NCBI GenBank assembly: GCA_951406725.2
Contig: OX597814.1
Span: 205,220,001 to 205,284,000 of the forward strand
Source: Octopus vulgaris
Lineage: Eukaryota
Direction: 5' to 3'
DNA length: 64,000 nt
Made by a program: the position numbers and the translations under genes. Positions 28,424-41,578 of the stretch are shown here, piece by piece (the stretch's first letter is position 1; the number at the start of each line of letters is the position of its first letter). The notes beneath the pieces are model-generated. The model did not search any database. It saw only the letters and a list, made by a program, of their open reading frames with translations, and was not told the DNA's origin.

Positions 28424-28719
28424 ATAGGAGAAGGAAAGATTCAGAGAAGGGAAGACAGAGGAAAAAAAATTGCCAATGGTACACACGCGGTCACATTTTG
28501 AATATATATAAAGTAGTATTATTGCCGTTATATATAGTAATGATAATAGATATTGAAATATTCCTTACTTACTAATGTATTCAAAGCAAAGGTAAGCCTA
28601 TTTCTGAAATGTTCTTTGCATTGCTTGTGTGTCTCTTTATCGTAATTTTCATGGTAGTTCTTGGAGAAAAGGCTCTGATTTTAGCAAGTGGTATCATATA
28701 CCCTGCCTAATCTGAAATT

Positions 28720-28758
<39 letters not shown>

Positions 28759-31700
28759 TACATATATATATGTGTGTCGGTGTGTGTGTCTGTGTGTCTT
28801 TGTGTCTGTGTTTGTCCCCCATCACCGTTTGACAACCTGTGTTGGTGTGTTTACGTCCCTGTAACTTAGCGGTTCAGTAAAAGTGACTGATAGAATAAGT
28901 ACTAAGCTAATCCTGGGGTTGATTTGTTTGACTAAAGCCCTTCAAGGAGGAGCTCCAGCATGGCCACAGTCATATGACTGAAACAAGTAAAAGAATAAAA
29001 GGACATATATTTCATGTTTTACTTGTTTTTAGTCATTAGATTGTGGCCATGCTGGGGCACTGCCTTGCAGGAGTTTAGTCAAGTAAATCAACCCCAGGAC
29101 TTATTCTTTGTAAGCCTAGTTCTTATTCTATCAGTCTCTTTAGCCGAACTGCTAAGTTGCATGGACGTAAACACACCAGTATCAGCTGTCAAGCGATGTT
29201 GGGGGTGAGGGACAAACATACACACACACACACACATATATACATATATACGATGGGTTTCTTTCAATTTCCATCTACTACACCCACTCAGAAAACATAA
29301 TGGGAATAGAAGGTGCCACTTAGTTGAACAGAACACAGAACCATGTGGTTGAGAAACAAGTTTCTTGCAACACCAAGCATGCTTGTGCCTATAAATAAAT
29401 AAATATATATATATATAAAAGTATATCATCATCATCATTTAATGTCTGCTTTCTGTGCTGGCATGGGTGAAACGGTTTAACTGGAATTGATTAGCTGGAG
29501 AGCTGCACCAGGCTCCAGTCTGATCTGGCTTGGTTCCTATAGCTGGATGCCCTTCTTAACATTAACCACTTCAAGAGTGTAATGGATGCTTTTTACATGG
29601 CACAAGAATAGGTGGGGCCAATTTTGGAATGGTTTTTACAGCTGGATGCCTTTCCAAATGCCAATTAACTTAAATTAATATTAAATTAAAGTGAATTAGT
29701 GATGAAGCATAGAGATGCTCTCAGGTGACTAAAAGTTGACTGTCATAGCTGAATGATATACTTTTATAAACAAATTTTGGAGTGCCTAGTTTGTTGGGTT
29801 GATGCCAGTGCCACCTGACTGGTTCTATGCCAGTGGACACATAAAAAGCACCAGTCGAGTGTGATCGTTGCCAGTGCTGCCTGACTGGCTCCTGTGCGGG
29901 TAACACGTAAAAAGCACCATTCAAGCATGGTTGACGCCAGTACCACCTGACTGGCCCTCATACCAGTGGCATGTAAAAAGCACTCTCTACACTCTTGGAG
30001 TGGTGAGCATTAGGAAGGACATTCAGCTGTAAAAACTTTGCCAGATCAGATTGGAGCCTGGTGCAGCCTCCTGGCTTGCCAGTCCTCAGTCAAACCGTCC
30101 AACCCATGCCAGCATGGAAAGCAGACATTAAATGACAACGATGATGATGATGATGATGATGATAAAGGAATCCTTAAATGCAGAATAACTGTGAAAATGA
30201 TTTAGATCAGGTAAGTACCCTTAGAAAATGGGAGTGGGGGGGGAAGTCAGGTCAAAAAAGTGTTCACATATTGGCTAATAAACTTAGTTCATCGTCGTCG
30301 TCATCATCATCATCATCATCATCATTATTATTAAAATATAATATTATATTCTCATCACAGCTAATTTGCCAATCAGTTTCGTACAAGGAGTTGAGAAAAA
30401 CCATATGGCTTTGATAGAAAATAAAATTGTATTTTGTTAACGAAAAAATATATACATTCTTACACATGTACGTACATACATATACACCCACCCACATACT
30501 AACACCCACACACTCACACCCGCCCAAACACACACACACGCATACGTGTGTAAAGAGAGAGTGCTTATTTTATCCCATCCAATCACCAAACAATGTAAAA
30601 TGTATTCTAATTGTATCCTGATGGTGTTTCTGTGGCAGAAGCTATTCACTTCTCTTTCATATTAAACATATCTTAATCACTTACTTTACGCAGATAATTC
30701 TCTATTAATATTTAACAACTTCCTCCAGTTGCCAAACAAAGAACAATTCTATAATCACAGCTTCACCCAAACCCCACCACTCCACAATTATCTTTCCAAA
30801 CCTCTCTTCCTGGTTTCTGAGCCACAAAAAAGAAACTGTTTGCAATGAAATCAATGAAGCTTTTATCTTAGGGTATGATACAACTTGGAATATTTATATT
30901 GGCCAGCCTTGAGGGGAGAGGTACAAGTCGATTACACCAATCTCAGTATTTAACTGGTACTTATTTTATGGATCCCAAAAGGATGAAAGGTAAAAGTAAA
31001 GACCACAGTGGAATTTGAAATCAGAACATAAACCTGGATGATATGCCGCTAAGCATTTTGTCCAGCATGCTAAAGATTTTGCTAGTTTGCTGCCTTCATA
31101 ATAACAATGATAATAATAATGGTTTCAAATTTTGACACGAGGCCAACAGTTTCAGGGAAAGGGGGTAAGTCAACTACAGCAACTCCAGTGCTCAGCTGGT
31201 ACTAATTTTATCGACCCTGAAAGGATGAAAGACAAAGTCAACCCCAGTGGAATCTGAACTCAGAATATATATTTCTTTACTACCCACAAGGGGCTAAACA
31301 TAGCGGGGACAAACAAGGACAGACAAATGGATTAAGTCGATTACATCGACCCAGTGCGAAACTGGTACTTTATTTATCGACCCTGAGAGGATGAAAGGCA
31401 AAGTCAACCTCGGCGGAATTTGAACTCTGAACGTAACGACAGACAAAATACCGCTAAGCATTTCGCCTGGCATGCTAACGTTTCTGCCAGCTCGCCGCCT
31501 TCTGAATTCAGAATATAAAGATGGATGAAATGTTGTGGTGATGATGATGAGGATTTTTTATTTGCCATTGTAGCATCAATAATAATAATGGCTTTAAATT
31601 TTGGCATAAGGTTAGCAGTTTTTGAGGTGAGGGGGGGAGGGAGTCAATTGTATCAACCCCAGTCTCCATTGGTATCTTATTTTATTGACCATGTAAAGAT

Positions 31701-31911
31701 AAAAGGTAAAACTAACCTTTTTTTGGTGGGATATGAATTCAGAACGTAAAGAGCTGAAAATAACAACTGTTTCTGACACAGGTACAATTCTAAGAAGAAA
31801 TGGATTAGCTGATACCAACAGCCGTAGTACTTGACTGGTACTTTATTTTATCAACTTTTGAAAGTACATTATTTACTATTGACGGATATTGTCCTCATCT
31901 TGTTTGTTGCT

Positions 31912-31954
31912 AACACGTTTCGGCTGATATACCCTCCAGCCTTCATCAGGTGTC
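31912..31954 (-). ncRNA. Inverted copy of the same hammerhead-like motif
   Basis: Reverse complement of 32282-32324. Confidence 0.6.
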
Positions 31955-32085
31955 TTGGGGAAATTTTGAACCTGGGTTCTCATTCCTAAGGTATTTATCA
32001 ATGTTGTTGATGTTATTATTATTATTATTATTATTATTGAGTGAGAGAGCAGTTCATGCCATCAAAGTGACACTGGGGTAAAATA

Positions 32086-32126
<41 letters not shown>

Positions 32127-32281
32127 TCACTGGAATCGAACTCGGACTCTTGTGGTTAGTAGCCTGCGCTTTTAACCGCAAGATTCCGAGTTCGATTCCA
32201 GGCAATGACCTGAATAACAATAATAATAACAACATCAAAAACTACCTTAGGAATGAGAACTCAGGTTCGAAATTTCCCCAA

Positions 32282-32324
32282 GACACCTGATGAAGGCTGG
32301 AGGGTATATCAGCCGAAACGTGTT
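32282..32324 (+). ncRNA. Hammerhead-like motif lacking the cleavage triplet, inside a tRNA-headed SINE
   Basis: GACAC-CTGATGA-A-GGCTG(gagggtatat)CAGCC-GAAAC-GTGTT. The stem I 3' strand directly abuts GAAAC. Confidence 0.6.
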
Positions 32325-33420
32325 AACAACAAACAAGATGAGGACAAATATCCGTCAATTGTAAATAATGTACATAATTTTTCATCTTTTAAATATAGAA
32401 CTGTATTAACCTTTGAAAATATAAAAGGCAAATTTGATCTCAATGGGATTTGAACCCAGATTATAAACTGCCAGATCAAGTACAGCAGTAGTTTCTGACT
32501 ATTTTTTACCTATGGCCTCCTTTAATTACTATTTTACTCTGGTGGACTCCTATAGCTATTTGACGTTTAAGAACCAGTTTTATAGAAATTTCTTTCAAAA
32601 TTCTGAATTGATGGTCAGAAACATGTTAAATATGTAAAATATTAGAGAAAGAACCCTAATTGATTTCGCAATAAATACATCATCATCATCATCATCATCG
32701 TTTAACGTCCGCTTTCCATGCTAGCATGGGTTGGATGGTTTGAGTGAGGGCTGGCGAACCAGATGGCTGCACCAGGCTCCAGTCTTGATCTGGCAGAGTT
32801 TCTACAGCTGGATGCCCTTCCTAACGCCAACCACTCCGAGAGTGTAGTGGGTGCTTTTATGTGCCACTGGCATGGGGGCCAGTCAGGCGGTACTGGCAAC
32901 GACCTCGCTCGAATCTTTTTACACATGCTAACGGCACAGGTGCCAGTAAGGCGATGCTGGTAACGATCCCGCTCAAATGGTGCCTCCTACATGCCACCGG
33001 CATAGAAGCCAGTTAGCCACTCTGGCAATGATCACGCTCAGATGGTGCTCTTAGCACCCTACTAGCATTGGCACAAATGCCAGTAAGGTGATGCTGGTAA
33101 CGATCACACTAAAATGGTACCTTTTATATGCCACTGGCACGGAAGACAGTTAGCCGCTCGGTCAACGATCACGCTCGTATGGTGAAGCAAAATTTTTTCA
33201 TGGACCCTTAAAATATTGCTATGGATCCTCAATTTGTTATTTTGCTTGCATGGACTCCCGAAAATCTTATGTAGACCACCAGGGGTCATATGTACCTTGG
33301 TTGAGAACCACTAAAATACAGCAAAGCAGTTTTACGTATGCTCTAACAATTATGCCAGCTCACCACCTTAAATATAACATTTAATTTAAGGTATGAGGCC
33401 AGTAATTTTAAAGGAGTGGG

Positions 33421-33786
33421 CTAAGACTAAGCGCCTTCACTGGTCAGTTAAGGTGAGACAGTGTCACGTGACAACTTGCTGGGGCTGCCTGCTGGAGCCT
33501 AGCGACAGGTATTTAAAGGGAAAAAATTTGACAAGTCAGTCAGTCACCGGCTGACACTCGCTGACGCTACATCGAAGAGGCCAGGGAACAGAAGAAAGAA
33601 GACATGCATCCAACACCAGAGCTAAAGACACCTCCAAAAGGTGGGGGGGGCCCCACCATGTCAAAATATTAGAGGAGTAGGGGCCGAAACCGGACATGGT
33701 TCCTCCTGATGATGTCTTGAGCTAACTGGATCCTATAAAGGAGCTGTTGTGGTAGCAGACCCCAAAAACACAGTTGTAATTCCTCC
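33421..33786. mobile_element. 366-bp non-coding insertion flanked by a perfect 29-bp direct repeat
   Basis: TATGAGGCCAGTAATTTTAAAGGAGTGGG at 33392-33420 and 33787-33815; homologous to ~46784-47058. Confidence 0.8.
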
Positions 33787-33867
33787 TATGAGGCCAGTAA
33801 TTTTAAAGGAGTGGGTTATTCAGTACCATCAATTCTAGTATTTATCAGGTTCGGGGGAAAGGCAAAG

Positions 33868-34075
33868 ATGGAAACAAGGAATTGGAGAACAACGTACCTT
33901 CCATACACAATCTTGTTTTCTTCTGATTTAGCAGAATGGTTAGAACATTGGAAAAAATACCTTGCACTATTTCTTCCTGCTCTTTACATTCCGAGTTCAA
34001 ATCCTACCATGCTAAATCAGAAGAAAACAAGATTGTGTATGGAAGGTACGTTGTTCTCCAATTCCTTGTTTCCAT
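33868..34075. repeat. Perfect 66-bp inverted repeat around a 76-bp inverted SINE fragment
   Basis: 33868-33933 is the exact reverse complement of 34010-34075. Confidence 0.95.
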
Positions 34076-34616
34076 TATGATTTATCTGCACAATTATATC
34101 AAAGTCAAGGTGCTGTTTCTACCACACACTGTTTAACTTCAGAGGAGATATACTTCCATATTACACACAGATATATGCGTGCACCCACACACACACACAT
34201 CTACTAACAATGAACAACTGTTTCGTTCAGATATATTTATACTATATACAAACTCACAATGAAAATATCATATATACAGGTATATTTATATTTTATACAC
34301 AGGCGTATATATATATATATATATATATATATACCACCACTAACAAAGAACAACTATTATATACAGATATTCTCATATTCTATGCAGATATATCTCTGCT
34401 AACAATGAATGACTCTTACACACAAGTATATTCATATTATATACAGATATATATCTCTGCTAACAAATATCTGTTGTCATCTATTTTTAAAAACGCTGCA
34501 GGTAGCTGCCTTATCTTTAACCTAAAAAACAAGCAAAGTCTTTTATGCTTCCACATCTAATGCACACTTTTCGGATTTGGGGTCAGCTTTCTGATAACGA
34601 CTTGACTCGAGCCCTT

Positions 34617-34679
<63 letters not shown>

Positions 34680-34963
34680 TACCGCCACCATCACCACCAC
34701 CTCCACCACTACCACCACCACTACTACCACCACTACCACCACCACCACCACGACCACGACCACGACCACGACCACCACGACCACCACCACAACCACGACC
34801 ACGACCACCACGACCACCACCACCACCACCACCACGACGACCACCACCACCACGACCACCACGACCACGACCACGACCACGACCACCACCACCACCACGA
34901 CCACCACCACGACCACCACCACCACTACCACCACCACCACGACCACTACTACTACTACTACTA
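34617..34963. repeat. Compound trinucleotide microsatellite (TAC)n-(CAC/GAC)n-(TAC)n
   Basis: Direct reading; a similar array lies at 63201-63397. Confidence 0.95.
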
Positions 34964-35906
34964 CATCACTATTGTTGTTGTTAAGACAACAATGACAGCA
35001 AACAATGAAGGAGCTTTTAAATAGGAACAAGTTGTGTGTGTGTGTGTGTGTGTGATGGGGAGCACGGCCTGTTAAGGGATATGTCCCATGTCTTCCTGCG
35101 TCTGCCTCTTCCACAGGTTCCCACCACGGTTAGAGATCAACACTTTATGCAGCTGCCTTCATCCACAAGCATTATATGACCATACCAGAGCACATTACAT
35201 CTGATTCCGTTTACACCCAACTTTCCATTTGAAATATTCATACTGTCATATATATATCGTCGATCGTCATCATCACCATCATCATCATCATCATCATATA
35301 GGTGCAAGCATGGCTGTGTGGTAAGAAGCCTGCTTCCCAGCCATATGGTTCAGGGTTCAGCCCCGCTCTGTGGTATCTTGGGCAAGTGTCTTCTACTATG
35401 GTGTCAGGTCAATCAAAGCCTTGCGAGTGGATTTGGTAGATGGAAACTGAGAGATGATCATTGTATATATGTGTGTATGTGTATATACATATATACATAC
35501 ATACATACATATATATATCATCGTCATTTAACATCTGCTTTCCATGCTAGCATGGGTTGGACGGTTTGACTGAGGGCTGGTGAACCAGATGGCTGCACCA
35601 GGCTCCAGTCTTGATCTGGCAGAGTTTCTATAGCTGGATGCCCTTCCTAACGCCAACCACTCCAAGAGTGTAGTGGGTGCTTTTACATGCCACCGGCACG
35701 GGGGCCAGTCAGGTGGTACTGGCAATGACCTCGCTTGAATCTTTTTACACATGCCACTGGCACAGGTGCCAGTAAGGCGATGCTGGTAACAAGCCCACTC
35801 GAATGGTGCCTTTTACATGCCAACAACACGGAAGCCAGTTAGCCGCTCTGGCAATGATCACGCTTGGATGGTGCTCTTTGCACCCTACTAGCATAGGGCA
35901 CAAGTG

Positions 35907-35948
<42 letters not shown>

Positions 35949-37764
35949 TATATGTGTGTGTGTATCTTTGTGTCAGTGTTTGAATCCTTCCCTGCCCCAC
36001 TGCTTGACAACTGGTGCTGGTGTGTGTTACATCCCCATAACTTAGCAGTTTGGCAAAGGGACCAATAGAATATGTATGGGGTTGATACATTTGACTAAAA
36101 ATTCTTCAAGGTAGTGCCCCAGCATGACAGCAGTGTAATGACTGAAACAAGTGAAAAACAAAAGGTAAAAGATGTGTGTGTGCATGTGTGCATGTGTGTG
36201 TGTGAGTATGTGTGTGTGTCTTTGTGTTTATGCTTGTCCCTCACCACTGCTTGACAACCGGTGCTGGTTTGTTTACATCCTCATAACTTAGTGGTTCAGC
36301 AAAAAGATATCAATAGAATAAGCACCAGGCTTAAAAAGAAAAAGTACTGAGGGCGTGGGGGTGAGGAAATCCATTCAACTAAAAATTCTTCAAGGCAGCG
36401 CCCCAGCATGGCCGCATTCTAATGACCAAAACAAGTAAATGACAGAAGATAGAAGATGTGACTTTATGTCAGGATTTCTGAAGAGCCACATCATTGGTTA
36501 CAGGTTTCCAATCAACCAATCAGCGGTTCATTGCATTTCTGACTAAGAAAGTAGTGACAGAGAGTGTGTAACCTGATGCAGTACACACAACACAAGACCC
36601 ACACATGTACACGCACTCCCCCTCCATACACACATACACACACCCTCCCTCTCACACATGCGCATAATTATTATTGTTATAATTATTCGACTGAAGCCAT
36701 ATGTTGTTATTTGTGAGTTTCCGCATGTTCGTGCTTCTTCAGATGGCAGCTATTCAATAGAATAGCGGGGGGAAAAGCAAAAACAAAAACAACAAAAGAA
36801 ATACAATAAACAGGAGATACTGAAGCAAAATGGCAAAGAACATACTAATCGCATCGGTTAAAGGAAGCCTCGCATTATGTTAATGCCTGAAATATAGTGT
36901 AATTCACACACACACACTCTCTCACACGTACACAAAAACTTTTATGGAATTAAGAATCAGATATTCTTGTTGTTCTACTGTTTGCATTCACTGCCTAAGA
37001 TGAAGTCACATGCCTGAGAGAAATACCAAAAGTAAGTTTACTGAAAGAAATTATGTCACTTATGCATTCATATTGAAGGTCATGGCTGGATCTTGCATAT
37101 GTATTCTAGGTGATTGTTAGCTCCAGTTTTACAAGTTTCAAAGCAAAAGTGCTTGAGTGTTGGAGCCACGCCCGTCTGTTGATTAAATGTTCAGTTTGTG
37201 AATCTCAGTTTCAGAATTCAAAAATACAACTTGTGGTTCCAAGCTGAAAGTTTTAAGTTAAAAATCAAATATACGTGAGGAGGCATGAAACCCCTGTATA
37301 GCAAGAAGCCTGTACTGTTTTGACTGCTTCTTTCATACTTTAACCCTTCATCTCCTTGCATAAATCCACTTCTCTTGGACTTTGTAGTCCTGCAAGTTGC
37401 AAGGTAACCGCACTTGTCTGGTGCACACTCAACAGTGGTTGGCATTAGGAAGGGTTTCCAGTAGTAGAAACTTTGCCAAAGTAGACAGTGGAGTATGATG
37501 CAGTCATAGGGCCCATTAAACTATCAAACCCATGTCAGCATGGCACATCGTTAAATGATGTTGATGATGATGATGATAATTGTTCAAATTTATTTTTAAT
37601 TGTGACTACATTATTGGATGCAAGACACATAATGCCCAATATAGGATGGAATGGTCAAATCTAGAGTACCTTTGTCTATAAGTCTGCTTGATGAAGGCTG
37701 AATATAGAGATAAACAACAACACTCAGCACCAAAAGAAAATAATAAAACCTGAGCCAAACCAAC

Positions 37765-38106
37765 AATACCTGTTGTCATAGGTGCTCTGGGAATGATAGC
37801 AAAAGGGGCTGATTGCTACCTAACTCAGATACCAGGAAACCCCAAAATGGCAGAAATTCAAAAGATAGTGCTCATGGGAACTGCTCATATCCTACGCAAA
37901 ATACTTTCTATGTAAACTCAAGTTTTAAAACAAACATAATTTTCATATGGTGTTTTAGGCATTCACTAGTACAACACTAAGTACAAAACCAAATATATGG
38001 CACCCTAGGCATAACACCAACACAGACTTCCAACTTGTTGTCTCTTGAGGTCTCTGGGTGAGACTTGGAGCCAACTTGTGCAAATGCAAAGCAAAAGTCA
38101 AACATA

Positions 38107-38163
<57 letters not shown>
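37765..38163 (+). mobile_element. 3' end of an R4/Dong-like (RLE endonuclease) non-LTR retrotransposon ending in (TAA)n
   Basis: TIPVVIGALGMI…EIQKIVLMGTAHILRKILSM*, then 3' UTR, then a long (AAT)n tract. Confidence 0.75.
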
Positions 38164-38164
<1 letters not shown>

Positions 38165-38376
38165 CCTTTCTATTATAGGCACAAGGCGTGAAATTTGGGG
38201 AAGGGGGACAGTCAATTACATCAACCCCCAGTACTCAACTGGTACTTAATTTATCGACCCTGAAAGAATGAAAGGTAAAATTGACCTCAGCAGAATTTGA
38301 ACTCAGAACGTAGCAATGGGTGAAATACTGCTAAGCATTTCGCCAGTGTGCTAACAATTCTACCAGCTCACCACCT

Positions 38377-38551
<175 letters not shown>

Positions 38552-39189
38552 TGTTACCAAACCAAAGATATTACAGGTAGATATGACCATCATGGAACTA
38601 GAACTAAATACAAACCTGGATATATTGTCTGACTCCCTACTATTTCTGCTACTTGAGAAATACTAATTATTGTTTATGATACAATGGGAAATAGAATTGA
38701 ATAAATAATATTGGTTTTTGGATTATTACACTATCATTTATATTATATCAAGTGTTATATTTATCAGTGAGATTATTGATGTCATGTTCATCACATTATG
38801 ATAAACATTTATATTCTATTATTTTATATTTTTATTATATTCTATTATTAAATATATTATGAACCAATATCACATTTATACACTGCCATTGTTGATATCA
38901 TGGTTGAAATATCAAATTTATTCAATGATATCATATGATTTTACATTTATACAGAAATATTATACGTGCATCATATTTATATGATAGGTTCAAAGATTGT
39001 TATACCTGAGAATGGTGGTGGGGATAAGCTACCACTACATAGAAAAATATTCTCATAAATTGTGTATCTCAAATAGCTTCTTGACAACCAAGTCCAACTC
39101 CTGGTCTGCATGATGGCTAGATGTTAGCCTGGTTAAACTGCTTCATGCTGATGGAAGAATATACAAAGCAGGTTACTGGTACCAAAAAA

Positions 39190-39480
39190 CCAGTTGCTTA
39201 TGAGTGGAGAGAGCTCATTACCCTGGAAAGCAGTCCATCTAAGAAAGGAAACTCTGATGTAAAACCACTGCTGCCATATGGGCTGGTGTGAACAAGATGG
39301 ATCTCGGTTACATCTGAGACATCCAGCAGCCAGCTGTAACCACCCAAACTGAATCCAGATTTTACCAATCCCAATGGTACTGTTGGTGAAGCAGGTGGCC
39401 AAATGCATGGGCCTTGTGATTGCAACACATGGTTCAACTTAAACAAAATCACATGAAGGCCATCTGTGGCTTGAACAATG
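39190..39480 (+). mobile_element. Degenerate RTE-like 5' fragment
   Basis: gcagtccatctaagaaaggaaactctga motif resembles RTE 5' UTRs; no intact ORF. Confidence 0.3.
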
Positions 39481-40391
39481 AACTTCTCTTCTCCTTGCAC
39501 CCATCAAGATGAAGAGGCTCAATCAGTGGCTACAGAGCTACTACTCATATTTATACATGGATACCACTGGTACTGTATTTATACATGGCAACACTACTTC
39601 CTTTATGCTTATACTCTAACCTATTTCTTTACTACCCACAAGGGGCTAAACACAGAGGGGACAAACAAGGACAGACAAATGCATTAAGTCGATTACATTG
39701 ACCCCAGTGTGTAACTGGTACTTAATTTATCGACCCCGAAAGGATGAAAGGCAAAGTCAACCTCGGCGGAATTTGAACTCAGAACGTATACGCTAACCAT
39801 TGACACCACTGGTGAAAGTGCATGGCCTTATGGGAAGACTGTTGTGCTGATGATCGTTAAGTCGCATGTTCGATTCTTGAGGTGGTTGGCATGTTGTATG
39901 TATCCTTGAGCAAGGTACTTCATTTCATGTCACTCAAGTATACTCAACTGTAGCTTTCTCAATGGACTGATGTTCTGTTCAATGGAAAGTGTTGTATTCT
40001 CAATCTAAATACAATTGAAATACCATTAAGTTCTGGCCACATGAATGTCATAGGATCAAAGCTCACTGATATCGTGTTTATAGATTACACTGACCACTGA
40101 TATATTTATACGTGGAACATTGTCAAGGAAACTGATATGTGGTCATTCAACCTGCGAGGAATAGTAGTGAAATCACTCTTGAATTGGATTTCATGATCTT
40201 AGAAAAAGAACACACTGCATAATATGGATTGTCACAGTTGGGATTCCTTTGATCATTGGTCTACTTGATAACAACTGACCTGGGTTAAACAACAACTGAA
40301 CACTGATATCATATTGTTATCGTGTTTATAAACAATATCGCTGATAATAATACTGCACACTGGTATGCATGTGTGTATGTGTGTGCATATA

Positions 40392-40452
<61 letters not shown>

Positions 40453-41578
40453 TCATCATCATCATCGTTTAACATTCGTTTTCCATGCTAGCATGGGTTG
40501 GACGGTTTGACCGGGGTCTGGGAAGCCAGGAGGCTGCACCAGGCACCAGTCTGATCTGGCAGTGTTTCTACAGCTGGATGCCCTTCCTAACGCCAACCAC
40601 TCCGTGAGTGTAGTGGGTGCTTTTTACGTGCCACCGGCACAGGGGCTAGAGGAAATTGGCAAACTGCTTTTACGTGTCACCAACACGGACGCCAGTCAGG
40701 CGGCGCTGGCATCTGCCACGTTCGGACAGTGCTTTTCTTTTAATGTGTCACCGGCACGGGTGTCTTAACTACTATTTCCATTCAATTTTCTTTTGACGTA
40801 TGTGTGTATATATATATATATATATGCATACACACATATACACATACCCATATATTCATATATACACACATACATACATATATACGCACACATACGTATA
40901 CATATACACAAGCATTAATCTCTATGTGCAAATACAAATATATAATTACAAAACTGATAATTAATAATCCAAAATTCATTAACAAACAATTGTGCATTAA
41001 TTTTAATTTTTCTTTATTACAACGAAGGGTCACAATGATATTGTGTAGGATCACACCACTTGAATGTCTAGTATAAATAAATACCTGTTTAAATTCCCCC
41101 ACCGTATATGGTAGACACCAGGTTTGTAATAGAAACCATCCCCACAAAGGGGATGAGGGGATGAGAGGATGAAAAAAGCTAGATGCTGCCAACAGTTTAG
41201 CAGTTTGGGGTTGGAATGACTATTAAATAAGGGAAGACTTCAACTGTTATAATAGTTGTGTTTATATTTATTTTCTCCTATCTGCTTTTCTTTTTCTCTG
41301 TGCAGCAAAAACTGGACTCAGAGGGTCAAGTACAGGGTTTTAATTCTCAGATTAAAGAGATTTCAAGTCCACTGGCAGTCATTAAAATCCTTGAAAAAAG
41401 CAAAATACCTATTTTCTATCTCCAGCAAATATAAATAAATATATGGAATCTTATATATATGTATGTAAATGTGTATGTAGTTTCAATCCTCATTGAAATC
41501 AGGCCCTGATTTTACTACAATATTAATGAGATGTGCATATTTATTTATTTAATTATTCATGTACCCATATTCTATTAA

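Larger units (their letters stand above)
31864..32373. mobile_element. Head-to-head inverted pair of a tRNA-derived SINE carrying a hammerhead-like motif
   Basis: Arms ~31864-32152 and ~32179-32373 are reverse complements. Each has a B-box GAGTTCGATTCC, an (AAT)n linker, a body and the hammerhead motif. A tRNA-like anticodon arm lies in the spacer on the minus strand. Confidence 0.7.

Noticed and set aside
32860-33185. Regularly spaced ~57-bp repeats superficially like a CRISPR array
   Set aside because: Degenerate tandem units internal to the common SINE, with no unique spacers or cas genes in a eukaryotic context.
33679-33720. GAAAC…GGTTC…CTGATGA as a type II hammerhead (also 46953-46991)
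   Set aside because: Only ~4 nt separate the putative cleavage site from CTGATGA, so stem I cannot form, and stem II is mostly wobble pairs.
34545-35114. Long poly-His/Tyr and poly-Val ORFs (also 38348-38632, 63109-63419, 50936-51397, 55374-55844)
   Set aside because: They are translations of stop-free microsatellites with no splice or coding context.
36696-36747. Minus-strand GCCAT-CTGAAGA-AGCA…TGCG-GAAAC…ATGGC hammerhead-like motif
   Set aside because: Stem III does not pair and no NUH triplet is in register with stem I.
36846-36886. Minus-strand 41-nt exon-like segment; similar candidate at ~28573-28711
   Set aside because: All frames closed and splice signals only moderate; not distinguishable from chance.
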